A stretch of DNA of 32,000 bases from Delftia acidovorans NBRC 14950. GTDB taxonomy: Bacteria > Pseudomonadota > Gammaproteobacteria > Burkholderiales > Burkholderiaceae_C. The notes under the pieces are model-generated. The model searched no databases and was not told where the DNA came from. It saw only the letters and a list, made by a program, of their open reading frames with translations. Below, piece after piece: positions 1 through 7,239 of this stretch. Position 1 is the first letter of the stretch; every line of letters starts with the position of its first letter. The stretch spans positions 1 to 32,000 of the forward strand of contig NZ_BCZP01000039.1 of the NCBI RefSeq assembly GCF_001598795.1. The letters are read 5' to 3'. Made by a program: the position numbers and the translations under genes.

Positions 1-1
1 C

Positions 2-1342
2 CTTGGCGAAGACGGCCTGGTCGGCGGCCTGCTGGGCGGCCTGGTTCCGGGCGGCGGCACAGGCAGCGGCGACGGCCTTGTCACCACAGTGCAGGACACC
101 GTTGGCGACCTGCTCGGCGGCACGGCCGGCGCCCCTGTGGGCCAGGTGCTGGACGCGCTGATCAACCCCGACACCGGCGCACTGTCCGTGGTCACGAGCC
201 TGGTGGAAGGCGTGACCCAGGTCAACGGTGGTCCGCTGGGTGTGGTGACGGACCTGGCCAACGGCCTGACGCAGGTCCCGGGCCAGGCACTGCAGCCGGT
301 GATCGGCACCGTCAACGGCGTGCTGGCCGGCCTGACGGGCGGCGATGGCTTGCTGGGTGGCGTGGTCGGCGGTGACGGCGGCCTGCTGGGTGGCCTCACG
401 GGCGGACTGACGGGCGGCCTTGGTGGCGGCTCCGGCCTGGTCGGCGGCCTGCTCGATACGGTGGTCGGCGACAACGGCATCGTTGGCGGACTGCTGGGCG
501 GCGACGGCGGCCTGCTGGGCGGCCTCACTGGCGGACTGACGGGCGGCTCCGGCCTGGTCGGCGGCCTGCTCGACACGGTGGTGGGCGACAACGGCATCGT
601 TGGCGGACTGCTGGGCGGTGACGGCGGCCTGCTGGGTGGCCTCACGGGCGGACTCACTGGGGGCCTCACTGGCGGATCGGGCCTGGTCGGTGGCCTGCTG
701 AACACCGTGACGGGCGACAACGGCATCGTCGGCGGGGTGCTCAACACCGTGGCCGGTGACAACGGCGTCGTCAGCGGCGTGCTGGACACGGTGGCAGGCA
801 ACAACGGCATCGTCAGCGGCGTGCTCGACACCGTGGCCGGTGGCAGCGGCATCGTCAGCGGCGTGGTCGACACCGTGGCGGGTGACAACGGTGTCGTCAG
901 CGGGCTGGTGAACACCGTGGCCGGCGACAACGGTGTCGTCAGCGGACTGGTCAATACCTTGGCCGGCGACAACGGAATCGTCAGCGGCGTGGTCAACACC
1001 TTGGCCGGCGACAACGGAATCGTCAGCGGCGTGGTCAACACCGTGGCCGGCGACAACGGAATCGTCAGCGGCGTGGTCAACACGGTGGCCGGCAACAACG
1101 GCATCGTCAGCGGCCTGCTGGGTGGCGGCAGCAGCGGCGGCGGCCTGCTGGGCGGGCTGCTGGGGGGATCGTCCGGCGGCGGGCTGCTCGGTGGCCTGCT
1201 GGGTGGCACATCGCACGCGGCAGCGGCCTCGGTCGCCGAGCTGGATCCGATTGCCACCTCCATCAGCAGCCATGCCAGCAGCACGGCCGATGCAGCAGCC
1301 AGCGTGCTGACGCAGCAACTGCACCACAACACCCTGCTCTGA
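2..1342 (+). CDS. Gly-rich tandem-repeat protein, 5'-truncated by the window edge (possible secreted or surface fibre; candidate T1SS cargo)
   Basis: The frame of ORF 89..1342 stays open back to nt 2 and keeps the same Gly-rich composition (LGEDGLVGGLLGGLVPGGG...), so the GTG at 89 is probably internal. It has 39-aa and 14-aa repeat blocks. The last ~50 aa lack Gly and are rich in A/S/T (HAAAASVAELDPIATSISSHASSTADAAASVLTQQLHHNTLL). Confidence 0.7.
   Translation, partial: LGEDGLVGGLLGGLVPGGGTGSGDGLVTTVQDTVGDLLGGTAGAPVGQVLDALINPDTGALSVVTSLVEGVTQVNGGPLGVVTDLANGLTQVPGQALQPVIGTVNGVLAGLTGGDGLLGGVVGGDGGLLGGLTGGLTGGLGGGSGLVGGLLDTVVGDNGIVGGLLGGDGGLLGGLTGGLTGGSGLVGGLLDTVVGDNGIVGGLLGGDGGLLGGLTGGLTGGLTGGSGLVGGLLNTVTGDNGIVGGVLNTVAGDNGVVSGVLDTVAGNNGIVSGVLDTVAGGSGIVSGVVDTVAGDNGVVSGLVNTVAGDNGVVSGLVNTLAGDNGIVSGVVNTLAGDNGIVSGVVNTVAGDNGIVSGVVNTVAGNNGIVSGLLGGGSSGGGLLGGLLGGSSGGGLLGGLLGGTSHAAAASVAELDPIATSISSHASSTADAAASVLTQQLHHNTLL
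428..1117 (+). repeat. In-frame tandem repeats inside the Gly-rich CDS: about 2.5 x 117 bp (GSGLVGGLLDTVVGDNGIVGGLLGGDGGLLGGLTGGLTG), then 10 x 42 bp (V/L-N/D-T-V/L-A-G-D/N-N-G-I/V-V-S-G-V/L)
   Basis: Direct reading. The 42-bp units run from 698 to 1117. The three units at 950-1075 differ by only 1-2 nt from each other. Confidence 0.9.
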
Positions 1343-1348
1343 GCGGCC

Positions 1349-1368
1349 GCGGCGCCTGCGGGCGCCGC
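1349..1368 (+). terminator. GC-rich hairpin just after the repeat-protein stop codon (possible terminator or mRNA stabiliser, no U-tract)
   Basis: GCGGCGCC-tgcg-GGCGCCGC forms a perfect 8-bp stem 7 nt after the TGA at 1340-1342. It is followed by atccatcccc, so there is no T-run. Confidence 0.35.
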
Positions 1369-1424
1369 ATCCATCCCCTGCGCCGCCGCCCCACGGTGGC
1401 GGCGCACGTCCCAGGAGATCCTCC

Positions 1425-1949
1425 ATGTCACACACTTTCAGGCTGTGCACCATCGTGCTGCTGGCCGCAGGGCTGGCCGCCTGCGGATCCACCGCCACCA
1501 CCAGCACGCAGCGTTCCGAGCACCACTACGCCTTCGGCAAGGCCCCGGCACCAGCGCCGGCAAGCTCCGGCGTCGCGCCCGTGGTGGCCACCACGCAGGC
1601 CGACCAGCGCGGGCCCGCCAACGTCGCCCACATCGTCTACTTCGACTTCGACGCATACACCATCCGCAACAGCGACCGGGCCATCGTGGAAAGCCATGCT
1701 CAGTGGCTGCGCAGCAATCCCGGCCGCTCGGTGATGCTGCGCGGACATACGGACAGGCGCGGCGGCATCGAATACAACCTGGCGCTCGGCCAAAAACGTG
1801 CCGACGCGGTGCGCAACAGCCTGCAGCTGCTGGGCGTGAACCCGGCCCGCGTGGAGTCCGTCAGCTACGGCAAGGAGCGGCTGGCCGACGAAGGCGCGAG
1901 CGAAGAAGCCCACCAGCGCAACCGGCGCGTGGAATTCGACTACCGCTGA
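1425..1949 (+). CDS. Peptidoglycan-associated lipoprotein (Pal)-like OmpA-domain lipoprotein
   Basis: SD aggag lies 7 nt upstream of the ATG. Lipobox LAAC|G is in the signal peptide (MSHTFRLCTIVLLAAGLAACGS). The OmpA_C/Pal core is VYFDFDAYTIRNSD...GHTDRRGGIEYNLALGQKRADAV...SYGKERL...NRRVEF, closely parallel to E. coli Pal as I remember it. Confidence 0.9.
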   Translation: MSHTFRLCTIVLLAAGLAACGSTATTSTQRSEHHYAFGKAPAPAPASSGVAPVVATTQADQRGPANVAHIVYFDFDAYTIRNSDRAIVESHAQWLRSNPGRSVMLRGHTDRRGGIEYNLALGQKRADAVRNSLQLLGVNPARVESVSYGKERLADEGASEEAHQRNRRVEFDYR

Positions 1950-1986
1950 GCCGCCGCGCTCCGCATCCGCCTGCCGCCGGGCCGCC

Positions 1987-4900
1987 ATGAAGGAACAGAT
2001 CCGCACGCGGTCGGTGCACCGCAGCCCGGCGTCCCGTCCCCACGGGAAGAGCAGCCTCCCAATGACCCTGACCGAGGCCGAGAGCATGTTGTCGCAGCAA
2101 TTGGCAAATGGCCTGGAGTACCTGGCACGGCACATGGTGCTGCTGCCCGAACCCTACCCCGGCTGCATTCTTTTCTTCACGGTGTCGGCCGAGAACAAGG
2201 TTGCCTCCGTCTTCCACGTGCGCGCCACCACGCTGGAGGCTGCCTGGCGCGAGGGTGCGACACGCGTGCGCCAATGGGCCTGGGCCCGCAAGCGTGACGA
2301 GGTCGATCTGCGCATCGACTGGGCGCAGGACATCACGCCCCTGAAGGCGGACAGTCCGCTGCCGGACTGCAGCGCCTGGACCCAGGCGCCCATGCGCTCC
2401 CTGGCCCTGGCTGATGCCAGCCTGGAGCGTACGCAGCTGCTGCAGCCCCTGCTGCCAGATCCGCACCCGCTGGGCAGTGAAACAGGCAGCGCCCAACGGC
2501 CCCTGCACCCGCCCTGCCTGCTGCTGCACCTGCGCGGCATCTATATCAGCGGGGAGCAGCCCGCCCTGGCCGTGCCGCGCACCGACCCGCCCGAGCAGCG
2601 CCTTTGGCCCCACCTCGTGCCCGTGCACGCTGCGCTGCAGCAACTGCTGGCGCAGCAGGGCAAGGACGGAAGCTGGCCCGGTTGCGGGGATGTCTGCGAC
2701 CACCTGGGCGTGACCTACGCCCTGCTGCAGGCCCAGCGCCATGCGGGCAGCGCCGCGCTGGCGCAGGCCATTGCGCTGGCCGTGGACCATGTGGAGCAAC
2801 GGCTGCAGCCATTGCCCGGCGACTGTCTGCCCAGCGCGCTGGCCATGCTGGTGCTGGCCCGCCACCTGCGCAACAGCTTTGTCCTGGGGCCGGGAGCCGA
2901 CAGCCAGGCCCGCGCCCACATTCCGGCGCTGATGGACCCGCTGGCGGAAAGCCTGCTGTCCATGGCTGCCGCTTCGGCCAGCACCACCAAGGCTGCCGCC
3001 GCTGCCGCCAATGCCGCTGAAGCCGGCACACCCCGCTCCGGCCAGCCCATGCTGACCTGGGCCGAGCTGGCCATGCATGTCTATGCAAGCTCGCGCCCCC
3101 CCACCAGCGACAGCCCCACGCTGCGCGCGGCGCGCAGCGCCCTGCCCGACACGGCGGCCCTGCCTGCCGCCTTCCTGCAGGCCGCGCTGCCGCAGCTGCT
3201 GGGCATGGATGGCGGCAATGACGGCAATGGCGGCAATGGCGACGATGGCGACGATGGCGAAAGTATCGAGAAGGCAGGCGCCCTTTGTGCACGCTGGATA
3301 GGCATTGCCCTGGTCGAGAGCCTGCAGCTCGACGCAGGCCTGGAGCCGCAGCCCACCGACCTGCTGCGCCAATGGCAGATCAGCCTGCAGCGCCATCTGC
3401 AAGGCATGGCCCAGCGCGCCATCTGGCCTGAGCAGGCGCTGTACCTGCCGCCCGCCCGGCGCCGCCATGCAGCCTTTACCGATGGCAGCCTGCGCCAGGT
3501 ACTGCAGTCCCCGCGCGAAATCGCCTGGCTGCTGGCATCCAGCCTGGCAGGCCTGGAACTGCTGGACGCTCTGACCCAGGCACTGCGCGCGGCCACCAGC
3601 CATGCCGCTGCCGAATCCGGGGAAGACGCGCTGCCTGCGCAGGCAGGCCATGGCTTGAGCGCGGGTGCCAGCCCTGCCAAAGCTTCCCCGCCCTCGCCAT
3701 CACTCTCCCTCGCGTCGCGGGCCGATGAGACTGCGGGCCAGCCGGCTTTTCGGCCCACAGCGGGCTCCATGTACCCGCCCATGTCCTGGGACAGAGCTTC
3801 CCTGGCCGAACTGATGAACGGGTGCTGGCTGGATGCAACGACAGAGCCCGGCACAGATCCCAGCTCCGATAGCGGCACCGGCTGCGCGGGATTGGACGCC
3901 AGCCGCCTGCACCACCAGCCCGGCGCCGCCGTGCTGGTGCGGCGTGCGGGCATGGCCCTGGGCGTGCAGGCTGCGGCCCTGCCCACGCTGCGCGCCTCGG
4001 CGCTGATCAGCAGCAGCCCGCAGGGCCTGCTGGACCACGGCGTGCCGGTGCTGCATGTGCCTGATATGGAAGAGGGCCTGCGCAATCTGGCGCAGGCGGC
4101 CCGCCGCCGCATCCAGTCGCCCGTGGTCGCCGTCAGCGGCTGCGTGGGCAAGACCTCCACCCTGGGCATGATGCGCCAGTGCCTGCAGGACGGGGGAGAC
4201 GCGCGTGGCGATGCCCTGCTGTCCCAGGGCACGGCGCTGCAGATGATCAATTGGAGCGAGGCCTCGCCCTGCGCCCTGCTGGAGCTGCCATTGCAGGCAC
4301 TGCGTGCCGACCTGCCGCTGATTGACCCAGATATTCTGGTTATTACTAATCTTTCAATAAATAACACCCCCTATTCAGGGGAGTCCGAGCCCTCCGGACA
4401 GGCCGGTCTGTCCGGTGAAAGAAAATACGAAGCATTGCAGGAAGTGCTTGAAGCCATGCAGCTCATGCACAAAGGCAGTGCGCTGGTCACCGATCAGGAC
4501 ATAGGTGAAAACCCCAGTGTTATTGAGCATGCCAAACGCATGGGACTGCGCCTGATCACGTTTGGCCCCCATTGCAATGCACAGGTCCGTGAAATGGGGT
4601 TTCACAATGGAAATCTGCAAATAGGCATGGGCAGCCTGCGCCTGGGCATTTCCCTGCAATCCGACGGCCACCACATGGCACTCAATGCGCAGGCGGCCCT
4701 GGCGGCCCTGCATGCATTGGGCTATGCGCCCGCACAGGTGCAGGCCTCCCTGGCCCATTGGCAGCCCATGATCGGAGCCGGGCAGCCGCAGCTCCTGCCC
4801 AGTGGAATCTGCCTGCTGGACCACAGCCTGAGCAACCACTTACTGTCCATGACGGCTGCATTTTCCCAGCTGCAGTCGGTCGCTCCCCATGTGAGCAGAA

Positions 4901-5277
4901 GGCTGATCGTGCTGGCGGGCATACAGCCCGGCCACGCCAGCATCGACGCTGCGCAGCTGGCCCTGGAGCCGCTCGTGCGGGATGCCCAGGCCCGGCGCGT
5001 GCTGCTGTATGGGGAGCCGCTCAGGCCGCTGGCGGCAGCCTTGGGCGATCTTTTGCACGTCAATTGGTATGACGATCTGAATCAGCTGATTTGCTCGCTG
5101 CTGAGAACAACCCATAAAGGCGATACGGTTTTGTTGGCCGGCCGCGCCACAACCAATCTTGCCCTGGCGGCCGACGCCATACGGGATAGTTTCAGTGGCC
5201 ACGGGGGCCATTTAATAGCGTCTATTCAGGCTCCCTGCTTTGATCCACATCAAAAACAAATGAACATGCATTCTTGA
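1987..5277 (+). CDS. Large fusion protein: unknown ~630-aa N-terminal region plus a divergent MurF-like (Mur ligase family) C-terminal module
   Basis: A single open frame of 1096 aa with good high-GC codon usage in its first two thirds. The C-terminal part is colinear with MurF: GLDASRLHHQPGAAVLV, VPVLHVPDMEEGLRNLAQAARRR, P-loop VVAVSGCVGKTST, GHHMALNAQAALAALHALG and LLDHSLSNHLLSMTAAF. The start is uncertain (ATG 1987 or ATG 2062). Confidence 0.7.
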   Translation: MKEQIRTRSVHRSPASRPHGKSSLPMTLTEAESMLSQQLANGLEYLARHMVLLPEPYPGCILFFTVSAENKVASVFHVRATTLEAAWREGATRVRQWAWARKRDEVDLRIDWAQDITPLKADSPLPDCSAWTQAPMRSLALADASLERTQLLQPLLPDPHPLGSETGSAQRPLHPPCLLLHLRGIYISGEQPALAVPRTDPPEQRLWPHLVPVHAALQQLLAQQGKDGSWPGCGDVCDHLGVTYALLQAQRHAGSAALAQAIALAVDHVEQRLQPLPGDCLPSALAMLVLARHLRNSFVLGPGADSQARAHIPALMDPLAESLLSMAAASASTTKAAAAAANAAEAGTPRSGQPMLTWAELAMHVYASSRPPTSDSPTLRAARSALPDTAALPAAFLQAALPQLLGMDGGNDGNGGNGDDGDDGESIEKAGALCARWIGIALVESLQLDAGLEPQPTDLLRQWQISLQRHLQGMAQRAIWPEQALYLPPARRRHAAFTDGSLRQVLQSPREIAWLLASSLAGLELLDALTQALRAATSHAAAESGEDALPAQAGHGLSAGASPAKASPPSPSLSLASRADETAGQPAFRPTAGSMYPPMSWDRASLAELMNGCWLDATTEPGTDPSSDSGTGCAGLDASRLHHQPGAAVLVRRAGMALGVQAAALPTLRASALISSSPQGLLDHGVPVLHVPDMEEGLRNLAQAARRRIQSPVVAVSGCVGKTSTLGMMRQCLQDGGDARGDALLSQGTALQMINWSEASPCALLELPLQALRADLPLIDPDILVITNLSINNTPYSGESEPSGQAGLSGERKYEALQEVLEAMQLMHKGSALVTDQDIGENPSVIEHAKRMGLRLITFGPHCNAQVREMGFHNGNLQIGMGSLRLGISLQSDGHHMALNAQAALAALHALGYAPAQVQASLAHWQPMIGAGQPQLLPSGICLLDHSLSNHLLSMTAAFSQLQSVAPHVSRRLIVLAGIQPGHASIDAAQLALEPLVRDAQARRVLLYGEPLRPLAAALGDLLHVNWYDDLNQLICSLLRTTHKGDTVLLAGRATTNLALAADAIRDSFSGHGGHLIASIQAPCFDPHQKQMNMHS

Positions 5278-5376
5278 TTGAATAAAACTTATAGAGGGCT
5301 GTATATAACTCGCTACAGTGTTTGTGAAACGAGTACCTTTACATTTTGTAAAGATGCTTACTAAGCCCATCAGAAC
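5278..5376 (+). promoter_or_regulatory. AT-rich intergenic region, likely promoter region for the T1SS operon
   Basis: It is about 35% GC in a ~68% GC background. A possible -35 TTGAAT (5278-5283) sits 18 nt from TATATA (5302-5307). No strong SD precedes the ATG at 5377. The hexamer assignment is tentative. Confidence 0.35.
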
Positions 5377-7239
5377 ATGATCCGATACCTTCTTCCCCGT
5401 CAGTTGGCCAAGGCCACGGCGATGCCGTCGGGAACGGAGACGGTGGGGGCTTTTGCATCTGCCATCGCCGAGTCCTTCGACCGGGCTGCGCACCAGTTGC
5501 GCCGGGCTGGCTGGCTGTCGCTGCCCATCAGTCTGCTGGGCCTGCTGCCGTCCATCTTCCTGCTGCAGGTCTACAACCGCGTCATTGCGCGTGGCGGCAC
5601 CGCCACCCTCACGGCCATGGTGGCGGGCGTGCTGTTCTTCCTGGGCGTGGAATGGTGGCTGCGGCGCAGGCGCGCCCGCGCCCTGCGCGAAGCCGGCGCC
5701 ATGATCGACCGCGATGTGTCCCAGGCGCTGATGCACTCCATGCTGCGCCACCCGCTGGCCGCGCTGGAGCAGCGCTCCTCCAGCCAGTGGCTGCAGCTGT
5801 TCCGCGACGTGAGCGCCATGCGCTCGGGCATGTCCGGGGGCCTGGCGACCTCGCTGCTGGACCTGCCCATGGCCCTGCTGGCACTGGTCGTCATCGGCAT
5901 CATTGCCTGGCCCGTGCTGCCGGTGATTCTGGTGGCCATGCTCATCATGGGCGTGCTGGCCTGGTGGTGGGCCGACGAGGTGCGCAGCGGCCGCGTGGAG
6001 GAAATCGCCCAGGCCCGCATGCTGGACCGGGGCACGGCCGAGATCTGCAACGCCCGCGCCACGCTCAAGGTGCTGGGCTACGACGCCGCCGCACGCCAGA
6101 ACTGGCAAAGCGGCTATGACCGCTGGCTGGCCGAGAGCTTTGGCAAGAACGGCGAGATGGAAAACGCACGCGAGGCCAGCACCGTGCTGCTGACGCTGTT
6201 CTCCATTGCCGTGATCACCGTGGGCGCCATTGCCATCAATGCGCAGTGGATGAGCATCGGCAGCCTGATGGCCGTGAACCTGCTGTCGGGCAAGGCGCTG
6301 GGCCCCATCTCGCAACTGGCCAGCAACTGGCGCTCGCTGGCCCATGCCAACGAGGCCGCACGCCGCCTGCAGGCCGTGCTGGAGGAACCCGTCGAGGCCA
6401 TGACCGACACCGTGGACCTGCCCCGGCCCCAGGGCCGGCTGCGCCTGGACCAGGCAAGCTTCCACTACCCGGGCGGCCATGTGGCGCTGGAGCAGGCATC
6501 GCTGGAGATCGGCCCCGGCGGGCTGCACGCCATCGTGGGGCGCAACGGCGCCGGCAAGTCCACCCTGGCCAAGCTGCTGGCCGGCCTCTACCAGCCCACA
6601 CAGGGGCGCATCTTCATCGATGAATACGACATGGCCCAGTTCCCGCGCGCCGAACTGGGCCGCTGGATAGGCTGCCTGGCCCAGCAGGTGTACTGGTTCA
6701 GCGGCCCCATCGTGGACGGGCTGCGCATGGTCAACCCCGATGCCGACGACCACAAGATCGTCACCGCCTGCCAGATCTCGGGCGCGCACGGCTTCATCAG
6801 CCGCCTGCCCCAGGGCTACCAGACGGTGCTGGGCGAAGGCGGCGCGGGCCTGTCGGCCGGCGAGCTGCGCAAGCTGGCCCTGGCCCAGCTGTTCCTGCGC
6901 AACCCCTCGGTGCTGATCCTGGACGAGCCCAGCAACGACCTGGACTTCGAGAGCGAAACCACGCTGCTGCAGACGCTGCGGCAGATTGCGCTCAAGCACA
7001 CGGTCATCGTCGTCACGCACTCGCTGCGCGTGGCCTCCATGGCGCAGCATCTCTACCATGTGCGCGGCGACGGCGGCATCGAGCATGGCTCGCCCCAGTT
7101 GCTGCTGCCCCAGCTGTTCGGCTCGGCGCGCGAGCCTGCGGCTCCCGCAGCACCCGCTGCGTCCACAGCCCCCGCAACGCCGGCCGACCCGGCCCCGCAT
7201 GCCGATCACCCCGCCGTGGCGCAGGAGCTTGCCTCATGA
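5377..7239 (+). CDS. Type I secretion system permease/ATPase (PrtD/AprD-like ABC exporter, no N-terminal C39 or C39-like domain)
   Basis: A short cytoplasmic N-terminus leads into LLPSIFLLQVYNRVI (T1SS ABC hallmark LQVYDRVL-like). Walker A is GRNGAGKST, the signature is LSAGELRKLALAQ and Walker B is VLILDEPSNDLD. There is a Pro/Ala-rich C-terminal tail. Confidence 0.93.
   Translation: MIRYLLPRQLAKATAMPSGTETVGAFASAIAESFDRAAHQLRRAGWLSLPISLLGLLPSIFLLQVYNRVIARGGTATLTAMVAGVLFFLGVEWWLRRRRARALREAGAMIDRDVSQALMHSMLRHPLAALEQRSSSQWLQLFRDVSAMRSGMSGGLATSLLDLPMALLALVVIGIIAWPVLPVILVAMLIMGVLAWWWADEVRSGRVEEIAQARMLDRGTAEICNARATLKVLGYDAAARQNWQSGYDRWLAESFGKNGEMENAREASTVLLTLFSIAVITVGAIAINAQWMSIGSLMAVNLLSGKALGPISQLASNWRSLAHANEAARRLQAVLEEPVEAMTDTVDLPRPQGRLRLDQASFHYPGGHVALEQASLEIGPGGLHAIVGRNGAGKSTLAKLLAGLYQPTQGRIFIDEYDMAQFPRAELGRWIGCLAQQVYWFSGPIVDGLRMVNPDADDHKIVTACQISGAHGFISRLPQGYQTVLGEGGAGLSAGELRKLALAQLFLRNPSVLILDEPSNDLDFESETTLLQTLRQIALKHTVIVVTHSLRVASMAQHLYHVRGDGGIEHGSPQLLLPQLFGSAREPAAPAAPAASTAPATPADPAPHADHPAVAQELAS

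Noticed and set aside
933-1310. A 125-aa alternative-frame ORF inside the repeat gene (…SAAWSTPWPATTESSAAWSTPWPATTE…).
   Set aside because: Its periodicity only mirrors the 42-bp DNA repeat read out of frame, and nothing supports a start site. The Gly-rich frame is open across the whole region and to the window edge.
2-1342. The possibility that the Gly-rich repeats are RTX nonapeptides or collagen-like triplets.
   Set aside because: The repeats do not fit GGxGxDxUx (the period is 14 or 39 aa, and Asp is not at the RTX position). There is no Gly-X-Y triplet periodicity. I therefore called neither RTX nor collagen.
5354-5380. An 8-codon mini-ORF (MLTKPIRT) whose TGA overlaps the ATG of the T1SS ABC gene.
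   Set aside because: It has no SD. It sits in AT-rich DNA, where short ORFs arise by chance. I kept it only as a note, because ATGA coupling to the ABC start is formally possible.
4320-5380. The low-GC segment as a remnant insertion sequence or prophage fragment.
   Set aside because: There is no transposase or integrase ORF, no terminal inverted repeats and no target-site duplication. The long reading frame stays open through the segment. I reported it only as a compositional anomaly.
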